Source of the DNA: Parcubacteria group bacterium Gr01-1014_30
GTDB lineage: Bacteria > Patescibacteriota > Minisyncoccia > Minisyncoccales > 2-12-FULL-40-12
Reading direction: 5' to 3'
DNA length: 64,000 nt
NCBI GenBank assembly: GCA_007376185.1
Contig: VMFS01000001.1
Location: 10,768-74,767, forward strand
Part shown: positions 8,807 to 16,334 of the stretch, one piece after another
Position numbering within the stretch: position 1 is the stretch's first letter
Layout: the number at the start of each line of letters is the position of its first letter
Notes under the pieces: generated by a model
What the model was told of the DNA's origin: nothing
Databases searched by the model: none
What the model saw: only the letters and a program-made list of their open reading frames with translations
Position numbers and translations under genes: made by a program

Positions 8807-9143
8807 CTTTTTCAACTATCTTTTTAAAAATTTCAGGATGGCTTTGAGCCAGAGTTGCCAAAATTTTTCTATCAAGCTCTATTTTATTTCTTTTAAGATA
8901 GTGGACCAGTTTGCTGTAAGAAATCCCAAACTGTTTACAAGCGGCTCCAATCTGTTGTTGCCAAAGCCTCCTAAAGTTTCTTTTTTTTGTTCTCCTGTCG
9001 CGGAAACTGTAAGTCCAAGCATGCAACAGAGCATCCTTTGCCAACCTGTATTTTGCTTTTCTTCCCCAGCGAAAACCTTTTACGTGCGACAATAAGTATT
9101 TCCGGCGCTTGTGCGCCATTTTCCCTCGCTTAACCCTGGCCAT
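8799..9143 (-). CDS. rplT: 50S ribosomal protein L20
   Basis: MARVKRGKMAHKRRKYLLSHVKGFRWGRK... Confidence 0.95.
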   Translation of the reverse strand: MARVKRGKMAHKRRKYLLSHVKGFRWGRKAKYRLAKDALLHAWTYSFRDRRTKKRNFRRLWQQQIGAACKQFGISYSKLVHYLKRNKIELDRKILATLAQSHPEIFKKIVEKVK

Positions 9144-9321
9144 AAATCAACTTTTTAATTTTTTTCGCTTCCCAGCCGGAAACCTCAACCAATTTACGAC
9201 CCTGTCGCACTTTTTTGCCAGATTTTTTTGCACGATAGTGATCCTGACCGGTTCGGCGGCGCAAAACTTTGCCTTTTCTTGTAATCTTGAAACGTTTTAG
9301 TATTGACTTTCTAGTTTTCAT
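9130..9321 (-). CDS. rpmI: 50S ribosomal protein L35
   Basis: MKTRKSILKRFKITRKGKVLRRRTGQDHY...; sits in the infC-rpmI-rplT order. Confidence 0.95.
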   Translation of the reverse strand: MKTRKSILKRFKITRKGKVLRRRTGQDHYRAKKSGKKVRQGRKLVEVSGWEAKKIKKLIYGQG

Positions 9322-9830
9322 TATTGCTTCGAAATAATTATTGTAAACCCTCTCGGCTCTCTTTTTAGATCTCTTTCAGTTTTTACCGGAACCACTTTCC
9401 CCAGCATCTCAAGAAACTGCCTTATCTTCTCTTTGCCCTGGTCTCCGAATGCCTTTTCCCGGCCTCTCAAGGGTAACTCTACTCTTACTTTGTCGCCCTT
9501 TTTTAAGAACTTTTCGGCCTGTTGGGCTCTTATTTCCAAGTCGTGCGCGGAAATGTTGAAACTCAATCTGATGCCCTTGAGTTCGCCGGTGTGCTTTGGC
9601 CGGGTAGCTTTTTCTTTCTTTTGGAGGGTGTAAAGGTACTTGCCGTAATCCATCAACTTGCACACAGGCGGTTCAACTTTCTCGGTAACCTGAATTAAAT
9701 CAAGCTTGCGCTCTATGGCAATGTTCGCCGCTTCTTCAAAAGAAACAACTCCTAATTGCTTTCCGGTCTCGTCAATAAGCCGAAGCTCTTTTGCCTTTAT
9801 TTGTCTGTTGACTAATGGTTTTTTCAGCAA
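9321..9830 (-). CDS. infC: Translation initiation factor IF-3
   Basis: 169 aa. VNRQIKAKELRLIDETGKQLGV...; non-ATG (TTG) start as is usual for infC. Confidence 0.95.
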   Translation of the reverse strand: MLKKPLVNRQIKAKELRLIDETGKQLGVVSFEEAANIAIERKLDLIQVTEKVEPPVCKLMDYGKYLYTLQKKEKATRPKHTGELKGIRLSFNISAHDLEIRAQQAEKFLKKGDKVRVELPLRGREKAFGDQGKEKIRQFLEMLGKVVPVKTERDLKREPRGFTIIISKQ

Positions 9831-9859
9831 AATTGGTTTACCCTGAACTTGTTGAAAAG

Positions 9860-9979
9860 TGGTCTATTCTTGAAATAGTTCGGACGCATCTCGCCGCCTG
9901 CGGCGGCGAGAGTTTGGCCAAAAATTCCGAACCGAAATCCTGAACTTTGACAATTTCAAGTTTTTCTTTGGCGGCAAAT
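9860..9979 (-). repeat. Cassette right-boundary element, copy A (structured)
   Basis: On the minus strand: TTGCCGCCAAAGAAAAACTTGAAATTGTC ... TTCGGAATTT ... CTCGCCGCCGCAGGCGGCGAG ... CGTCCGAACTATTTCAAGAATAGACCA. The same blocks recur in the same order at 40983-41148 (+). Confidence 0.65.
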
Positions 9980-9982
9980 TCT

Positions 9983-10843
9983 TTACAAATTTATGAATTT
10001 GAACGAGTTTATCATTCCTTCAAATGTCGCATCTTTTCCAGTAGCATATCCAGCTTCTGGTTCAGTGCTGATTATATATAGAAAATCATCCTTTGTCACG
10101 AAAACATTTCTGTGCATACCTTCTTCTCCGCATGTATCTATCTCAGAACCTTGGATGCCATCGAATTTTGGTTGTGGACGCAGACCCGATGCTACACAAC
10201 GATTTAATCCAAGAAAAGAGTTGGCGTTCAAGAACTCAAGATTTTGCGGCGAGGCGACGAAGCTTGGCGCAATGTATAATTCAACCTCACAATAAAATTC
10301 TGCTCGCTCCACTGATGCAAAACAAATATTCAAAAGAGGAGAAAATTCCGGTGGTCGGTAAAATAAGGCTTGTCCTTCTAGTGGCTCAATAGTGGGAGGA
10401 TACTTAATTTCAAATCTGTATTTGTCATTCCGATATGCTTGCCAGTTTAAGGTTTCAATTTTTGTTGTTTGTGAAATGGGGATGTTTGTTAACTTTGGCT
10501 CTGATAATTTTGATTCAGGTAGAAAACGAAGCACGAGGAATAAGGTTATCCCCGCAATTATTAGGATTAAGCTCGTAATCGAAAGTATTTTCTTGTTTTC
10601 TCTACGGAAACTGATAAGAGAAAAAATGATACCAAGCAACGGCAAAACAATAGGGAAACCAAAGTGTTGTGGTAGATAACCCAGTGGATAATCCGGCAAA
10701 TAGGCTATAAGAATTATAGGAAATAAAACAGAAGCAAGCGGATGTGTTTCCGGAATATCCATAAAAGCTATCACTGCCTGTGTAAAAACTAGAACACTTA
10801 TAATGAAAGAAATTATTGCAAACTTTGAAAATTTTGTTTCCAT
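9983..10843 (-). CDS. Membrane-anchored protein with extracytoplasmic C-terminal domain (hypothetical)
   Basis: Start reset to METKFSKF (ATG at 10841-10843); the listed 9983..11011 ORF runs into tmRNA. Several TM helices, then a W.AYRNDKYRFEIKYP domain also present in ORF 45685-46635. Confidence 0.6.
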   Translation of the reverse strand: METKFSKFAIISFIISVLVFTQAVIAFMDIPETHPLASVLFPIILIAYLPDYPLGYLPQHFGFPIVLPLLGIIFSLISFRRENKKILSITSLILIIAGITLFLVLRFLPESKLSEPKLTNIPISQTTKIETLNWQAYRNDKYRFEIKYPPTIEPLEGQALFYRPPEFSPLLNICFASVERAEFYCEVELYIAPSFVASPQNLEFLNANSFLGLNRCVASGLRPQPKFDGIQGSEIDTCGEEGMHRNVFVTKDDFLYIISTEPEAGYATGKDATFEGMINSFKFINL

Positions 10844-10926
10844 ATGTGAAAAAATTTTCTTTCCCCAAAATGCGGAATCGCCAACTGATTTTCTCGCCCC
10901 AAAAACCTTACGATTTGGCCGCCGAG
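10844..10926 (-). repeat. Cassette left-boundary / leader element, copy A
   Basis: Minus strand CTCGGCGGCCAAATCGTAAGGTTTTTGGGGCGAGAAAATCAGTTGGCGATTCCGCATTTTGGGGAAAGAAAATTTTTTCACAT|ATG. About 85% identical by eye to 39584-39669 (+). Confidence 0.65.
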
Positions 10927-10966
10927 CGAAGCGAGGCGACTGCCCCTTGCTTGCATTTTCCTGTCC

Positions 10967-11315
10967 GGTGGAGATGCCGAGAGTTGAACTCGGATCCAGA
11001 AAGTTTGCCAAAATCGTCTACAAGCTTAGTCGGTTTAGCCACCTCAAAACGCTGGATATAAAGCCGACAAAACTCCAACATTCCTAAGTCCCTTGAGTTC
11101 CCTGGTTCTGCGGGACGAAAAACCAAGACATCTCGATTTTATGACACCTGATGCCGCCTATCGAGAATCAGCGGTTCAGATGCCGCTAAGCTAAAGCTAA
11201 AGCGGGTTCTCTGTTAAATAAGTTGGCGCTTATTTTTTGTTTTGCCCGCCTGCGCAGGCAGGCGGGCAGGCCTGCTGATTTTGACAAATCATTCCTGTCT
11301 ACGCCTTCCATCCCC
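10967..11315 (-). ncRNA. ssrA: tmRNA (SsrA), tag peptide ANLFNREPALALA
   Basis: 5' GGGGATG pairs with 3' CATCTCC-A-CC, including G3:U. T-arm CCGAG-TTCAACT-CTCGG. Tag ORF GCC AAC TTA TTT AAC AGA GAA CCC GCT TTA GCT TTA GCT TAG at 11186-11227. Directly adjacent to smpB. Confidence 0.88.
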
Positions 11316-11328
11316 CGATAGTTCAAAT

Positions 11329-11778
11329 TTAGTCGCCCGTTTTTAAGGCTCGTTGGATTTCTCTATCCGCCTCTCTTTTTTTTATCAACTCCTTTTTGTC
11401 AAACTTTTTCTTCCCTCGAGCCAATCCGAACTCAAGTTTTATTCTCGCTACCTTAGTATAAACCTTCAAGGGCAGCAAAGTCAAGCCCTTTTGCTGCGCT
11501 TTACCTGTTAAGTATTTGATTTCCTTTTTTTTCAACAGCAGTTTTCTGGAGCGTTCCGGGTTGTAATCAGCAGGCGCGTTTTTGGGCTGGTAGGGCGATA
11601 TTTTGGCCCCAACCCAAAATGCCTCGTTGTTCCGCAAAACCACATAGGAACCTGCCAAATTCACTCCCCTCGTTTTTATTGACTTCACTTCCTGCCCAAG
11701 CAAAGAAATACCAGCCTCAAACTTCTCAAGGATTTCGTAATTGAAGTAGGCCTTTTTATTTTCAGCCAATACAGTCAT
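11329..11778 (-). CDS. smpB: SsrA-binding protein SmpB
   Basis: 149 aa. NKKAYFNYEILEKFEAGISLLGQEVKSIK...LLLKKKEI. Confidence 0.95.
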   Translation of the reverse strand: MTVLAENKKAYFNYEILEKFEAGISLLGQEVKSIKTRGVNLAGSYVVLRNNEAFWVGAKISPYQPKNAPADYNPERSRKLLLKKKEIKYLTGKAQQKGLTLLPLKVYTKVARIKLEFGLARGKKKFDKKELIKKREADREIQRALKTGD

Positions 11779-11816
11779 CTATTTCATTCTACCAAAAAAC
11801 CCTGTAAAATAGTAAA

Positions 11817-11838
11817 GGGACTGTCCCTCCCCTGTCCC
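11817..11838. repeat. Left hairpin flanking the Y1 transposase gene
   Basis: GGGACTGTCCC palindrome followed by a second CTGTCCC, 9 nt before the ATG. Confidence 0.6.
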
Positions 11839-11846
11839 TATAATTC

Positions 11847-12479
11847 ATGAGGCAGCCGAGAAGCTTTAGCAAAGATAGTTTTTGGCACGTTCTTAACCGC
11901 GGAGTAGCTAAAGAAAGCATCTTTCGCGAGAAAGGAGACTTTATCTTTTATCTTTATAAAATAAAAGAGCTTATTAAGAAGTACCCCGTGGGAATTCACT
12001 GTTATAATTTTATACCTAATCACGTTCACTACTTATTAAAACAAACGACTGACGTACCTCCTGGCAAATTCATTGGCAGCCTTCACACAAGCCTAGGGAT
12101 TTATATTAACAAAAAATACTCTCGTTCTGGCCACTTATTTCAAGATAGGTATAAAGCAAGGCCTCTGGGAGAAGAAGCTCTGTTGCCAGTATCTGTTTAC
12201 ATTAATCTGAATAAAGTTCTTGAACAGACTCAACACGTTCAAGAGAAACGAATTTCAAAAAACCAGTTAAATAAACTACTAGAAGAAGCAACAACAGACC
12301 CCTGGAGCAGTTATGCTGTTTATTTAGGACTAAGAGAAGACGGTATTACAGATAGTAAGTTCATTTTATCCTTACTATCCGACGATATTCAAAAAGCTCG
12401 CAAAGAGTATAAAAAACTGGCAGAGGAACTTATCACTTCTGGCTTCTTCTTGAAAACGCGCGGCATCGTTTTCGACTAG
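11847..12479 (+). mobile_element. IS200/RAYT-like Y1 (HUH) transposase gene
   Basis: 210 aa. FWHVLNRGV..., HUH motif NHVHYLLKQ, and LFQDRYKARPL containing the catalytic-type Tyr. Flanked by GGACTGTCCC-containing hairpins. Confidence 0.75.
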
Positions 12480-12487
12480 GTTTGTTA

Positions 12488-12509
12488 GGGACAGTCCCCG
12501 GACTGTCCC
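12488..12509. repeat. Right hairpin flanking the Y1 transposase gene
   Basis: GGGACAGTCC-CC-GGACTGTCCC, perfect 10-bp arms, starting 9 nt after the stop codon. Confidence 0.65.
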
Positions 12510-12723
12510 TCTTTCCTCTTAGAATTCTCTCCGGGCTGCATCGCATTCGGAATCTTCAATTCTCTTACTTTCCGCACCAAGTAGCAACAAGTGCAATGCG
12601 TATAGTGCGGCACGCCGAGAGCAGAAGTATCCGCTCTCGCTCTGGCGCGCGCTATCGCGGAGTTCGACCGCGCGGAACCTTGGCCCCGCACGCACTATCT
12701 ACTATCCGCAATGATTATATCAC

Positions 12724-12764
12724 AAAAAAAACGGGCTCCGCGACAATTGTCTTGTCGGGAGCCC
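12724..12764 (-). terminator. Rho-independent terminator of the 12844-13452 gene
   Basis: Minus strand GGGCTCCCGACAAGACAATTGTCGCGGAGCCC long stem followed by T8. Confidence 0.65.
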
Positions 12765-12843
12765 AAAGAATAAATCTGCCTGTTGGTCGGAAGTACCCAA
12801 GGACCCAAAGATACAAAACCTAGGGACCAAGGGCCAAAGTGCG

Positions 12844-13452
12844 CTACTTGCCGGAGACAGCGATACGACCGCGGCGATCCACGCCGCGGCCCAACCAGCC
12901 CCAGTGCAGGCACCAGCGCCGGCCGCCCTGGTCCAGACAAGCCACGCACCGGCCGCTGTCCGAGTTCACCACGACGATACCCGGGAAGTCAATATAGACC
13001 TTCCCGAGAAGAGCCACGAAGGCCGGATGCTCGTCCTGGTGTTCCACAAGCCAGTTGGCCTGCTGGTAACCATGCAGGATGTCCTGCTTTGGCTGGAGGC
13101 GGCGCTCGTACTCCGCGCCGTTGATATAATGCTCGCCCTCGCGGATGACGGTGCCGAGGTGAAATGTAACCGCCTCGGTCGGAGAGGTGTCGCGCTCAAT
13201 GCCTTCCTCCTCGCGGATCCAGGGGTACTTCTCCCTGAGATCTTCGAATGTCGGGCACGGCAGGGCCGGGATCTGGAGCGTGAGCTCGTCCGTCAGAATG
13301 AGCGTCTCCGCCACTGCGATAATCTCTTGCACCTTGGCGATGGCGAAATCAGCGCTCACGAACGCTCCCTCCTTGCGCCGGAGGATACGCTCTGCCTTAC
13401 GGCACTTGCGCACGAACTCGTCTACCTTGTCGGCCGTATTCTGGTACAGCAT
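12844..13452 (-). CDS. Hypothetical 202-aa protein in the GC-rich island
   Basis: Protein-like composition (MLYQNTADKVDEFVRKCRKAERIL...YINGAEYERRLQPKQDILHGYQQANWLVEHQDEHPAF...). SD AAAGGAGAGGA before the ATG and a terminator downstream. The opposite-strand ORF 12904-13503 is Ala/Leu/Arg-rich shadow. No family recognised. Confidence 0.6.
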   Translation of the reverse strand: MLYQNTADKVDEFVRKCRKAERILRRKEGAFVSADFAIAKVQEIIAVAETLILTDELTLQIPALPCPTFEDLREKYPWIREEEGIERDTSPTEAVTFHLGTVIREGEHYINGAEYERRLQPKQDILHGYQQANWLVEHQDEHPAFVALLGKVYIDFPGIVVVNSDSGRCVACLDQGGRRWCLHWGWLGRGVDRRGRIAVSGK

Positions 13453-13804
13453 TCTATCCTCTCCTTTGCCTGCCGCTTATCCTGCAGGATTGCAGGAACT
13501 TAGGCAGGACTGGTTGCTCGTCGGAAAATATCTAAATATCCTCCAGCGAGCAACCAACTTTACAGGCAGTAAAAATATATTGTAAAAGTGCAATTTAAGC
13601 TGTTTCCAGCTTGATATTTATATTATATACCAATATAGAATAATTGTCAATAGTTTGTAATGGTTCAATAACTTAGAAGCACTGCGGGGTAAAATTAAAG
13701 CTCTGCGCCAAATCTCGCAGTTAAAAGTAAAATTACCAGAAGAAGAGATGCTTTTAATTTAGGCAAGAATACGATAAAGTGAATCCAAGCAACACCGCAA
13801 TAGT

Positions 13805-15418
13805 ATGATAAGGCAAGAAATTATAAAGTCAATTGAGAAAGCAACGGGCAAGAAAAACATACGCTTGGAACGGTCAGAAAACCCAGAGCACGGCGACTAT
13901 TCCACCAGTATCGCCTTGAAACTGAAGAAAAACCCGCAAGAAATTATCAAAAAACTCCTGTCTGCGCAGGCAGAAAAGTCGCCTTTATTTGAAAGAGTGG
14001 AAGCGGCTGGGCCCGGATTCATCAATTTTTACTTGTCGGAAAAATACATACTAAAAGAACTCGCCAAAGCTCAAAAAGACCTGTCTCTGACCAACCCCGC
14101 GTGGAAAGGCAAGAAAGTGGCGGTTGAGTTCACCGACCCCAACCCGTTCAAAGTATTCCACATAGGGCATCTTTATACAAACACTGTGGGTGAAACAATA
14201 TGCCGACTTCTGGAGGCAAGCGGGGCTAAAGTGAAAAGGATAAATTACCAAGGAGACGTAGGTTTGCATGTAGCTAAAGCGGTTTGGGCGCTCAAGCTTA
14301 GTTATCCACTTGAACGCGCCTATGCTACGGGTAATAGCGCCTTTGAAACAGACCCTGTGGCAAAGAAAGAAATAGAAGGATTGAACAAAAAGATTTACGA
14401 AAGAAGCGACCCTGCTGTCAACAAAATTTACGACAGAGGTCGAGCTCAGAGTTTAGCCGCGTTTGAAAAAATTTACAAACGCTTAGGAACTAAGTTTGAC
14501 TTCTACTACTTTGAAAGCGAAATTGGGAAAATTGGGAAAAAAATTGTTGAAGAAGGCCGGAAAAAAGGCGTTTTTGAAAAATCTGAAGGAGCAATTGTTT
14601 TTCCCGGAGAAAAATACGGTCTGCACAAAAGGGTTTTCATAACCTCTGAAGGTCTGCCAACTTACGAAACAAAAGAATTGGGTTTAGCCCCCATAAAATA
14701 CAAGGGCTTCAAATACGACCTTTCAATTATTGTTACCGGCTCTGAAATTATTGATTATTTCAAAGTGCTAATTGCGGCATTGAAAAAGATTTACCCAAAA
14801 CTTGGCCAAAGAACTATGCACTTAGCTCACGGCATGCTTTTACTAAAAAGCGGGAAAATGTCTTCAAGAAAAGGAAATATCGTTAGGACCGAGGATTTGC
14901 TTAACCAGGTTAAGCAAATGGCTCTGCAAAGAAGCAAAAACGAGGAGATTGCTGAAAAAGTGGCTTTGGCCGCTGTAAAATATTCTCTTTTGCGGGTTGG
15001 TCTTGGCAAGGATATAATTTTTGACGCTGTTGGCTCTTTAAGTTTGGAAGGCGACACAGGCCCTTACTTACAGTACACTCACGCGCGTTTCAAAAGCATT
15101 TTGCGTCAACCAGGTGTTGAACTGAAAAAACTGCCAGCTTCTGTTAAAATGAGTCAGCTTGAGAGGCGGCTGGCAGTAGCGCTTTTGCGTTTTGCCGAAG
15201 CAATTCAGGACGCGGCAAGCTCTTTCTCGCCGAATGTTTTGGCAAACTACCTGCACAACACAGCTATGCTGGCTAACGAATTCTACCATTCCCACCCTGT
15301 TACGCAGGAAAAAGACAACGCTAAAAAGCAATTAAGAGTCGGCCTCGTAAAAGCTATAGCCGCGACTCTTCAAAAAGGTCTTAGCATTTTGGGCATTTTT
15401 GCCCCGGAAAAAATGTGA
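13805..15418 (+). CDS. argS: Arginine--tRNA ligase
   Basis: 537 aa. N-terminal ArgRS add-on domain, HIGH-type FHIGHLYT, C-terminal anticodon-binding DALR-like region. Confidence 0.93.
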   Translation: MIRQEIIKSIEKATGKKNIRLERSENPEHGDYSTSIALKLKKNPQEIIKKLLSAQAEKSPLFERVEAAGPGFINFYLSEKYILKELAKAQKDLSLTNPAWKGKKVAVEFTDPNPFKVFHIGHLYTNTVGETICRLLEASGAKVKRINYQGDVGLHVAKAVWALKLSYPLERAYATGNSAFETDPVAKKEIEGLNKKIYERSDPAVNKIYDRGRAQSLAAFEKIYKRLGTKFDFYYFESEIGKIGKKIVEEGRKKGVFEKSEGAIVFPGEKYGLHKRVFITSEGLPTYETKELGLAPIKYKGFKYDLSIIVTGSEIIDYFKVLIAALKKIYPKLGQRTMHLAHGMLLLKSGKMSSRKGNIVRTEDLLNQVKQMALQRSKNEEIAEKVALAAVKYSLLRVGLGKDIIFDAVGSLSLEGDTGPYLQYTHARFKSILRQPGVELKKLPASVKMSQLERRLAVALLRFAEAIQDAASSFSPNVLANYLHNTAMLANEFYHSHPVTQEKDNAKKQLRVGLVKAIAATLQKGLSILGIFAPEKM

Positions 15419-15744
15419 ACACTATGAAACTTCATCAAAAAAAATGCGTGCCATGCGAGGGTTATGAAAAACCGCTTGAGCCCTTAAGGGTCGCCGATTA
15501 TTTGGCCCAAGTTGATGCTTGGCAGACCGACAACAAAAAAATATGGAAAGAGTTCAAATTCTCCGACTTCAAAGAAACGATGAGTTTCGTGAACAAAGTG
15601 GCTGATTTGGCAGAAAAAGAAGGGCACCATCCTGATATGCAGGTGCATTATTCCAGAGTGAAAATTGAGCTTTGGACTCACGCCATTTCCGGCCTTTCTG
15701 AAAACGATTTCATACTGGCAAGCAAAATAGACAAGCTTCAATAA
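15415..15744 (+). CDS. Pterin-4a-carbinolamine dehydratase (PCD/DCoH family)
   Basis: CVPCEG..., FVNKVADLAEKEGHHPDMQVHYSRVKIELWTH signature. Confidence 0.85.
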   Translation: MNTMKLHQKKCVPCEGYEKPLEPLRVADYLAQVDAWQTDNKKIWKEFKFSDFKETMSFVNKVADLAEKEGHHPDMQVHYSRVKIELWTHAISGLSENDFILASKIDKLQ

Positions 15745-15746
15745 AG

Positions 15747-16334
15747 ATGCGCAAACTCAGAAACACCTACTACGTTTTGCGGCACGGGCAGACGATTTAT
15801 CAAACAAGAAAGCTGGCGTGGATGTACCCGAAAATTGACAGTAAGAGGGTAAAATTAACAAAGAAAGGCGAAAAACAGATAAAACTTGTAACAAAAAAGC
15901 TCAAACGACTTAAGATTGATTTGATCTTTTCCTCCGATTTTTTCAGAACCAGACAAACAGCAAAAATAGTGTCAAGAGCGTTGGCTCCAAAGAAGGTGGT
16001 TTTTGACAAAAGGTTGAGAGACATAAATTTGGGTGTTTACATGGGCGGAAAAAAAGGATCATTTTACGAACACTTCCCTAAGAAGTCAAAAGTGAGATTT
16101 ACAAAAACGCCTCACCGCGGTGAAAGCTGGCTGCAATGTCAAAGGAGAATCGTGGGCTTTTTGAAAAAAATTGACAGAAAGCATAAAAACAAAAAAGTTT
16201 TAATTATAAGCCACGGCGATTCTTTGTGGCTTTTGGAAGGACGGATTAAGAACTGGTCGCAAGATAAATTGCTCAAAGAAAAGAAGATGAGTTACATAAA
16301 CACGGGCGAATTAAGGAAATTATATGGAACTTAA
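15747..16334 (+). CDS. Histidine phosphatase family protein (phosphoglycerate-mutase-like)
   Basis: YVLRHGQT catalytic RHG motif; ISHGDSL near the C-terminus. Confidence 0.8.
   Translation: MRKLRNTYYVLRHGQTIYQTRKLAWMYPKIDSKRVKLTKKGEKQIKLVTKKLKRLKIDLIFSSDFFRTRQTAKIVSRALAPKKVVFDKRLRDINLGVYMGGKKGSFYEHFPKKSKVRFTKTPHRGESWLQCQRRIVGFLKKIDRKHKNKKVLIISHGDSLWLLEGRIKNWSQDKLLKEKKMSYINTGELRKLYGT

Larger units (their letters stand above)
12510..13520. other. GC-rich island 1 (compositionally foreign; boundaries approximate)
   Basis: Visibly GC-rich versus flanks, with dense overlapping shadow ORFs on both strands. The gene inside uses a strong SD. Confidence 0.6.

Noticed and set aside
10844-11126. N-terminal 56 codons of ORF 9983..11011, and ORFs 10803-11087, 10816-11061 and 10908-11126.
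   Set aside because: They overlap the tmRNA gene and the conserved leader repeat. An internal ATG (10843) directly precedes the first TM helix.
12640-12700. T-arm-like CGCGG-AGTTCGA-CCGCG, suggesting a tRNA or tRNA remnant at the island edge.
   Set aside because: No acceptor, D or anticodon arms could be built around it, and the loop does not start with the canonical TTC register.
12904-13503. 199-aa plus-strand ORF in GC island 1, plus the 12482-12823 and 12783-13124 ORFs.
   Set aside because: The composition is garbage-like (A/L/R/P runs). The opposite strand has a protein-like ORF with an SD and a terminator.
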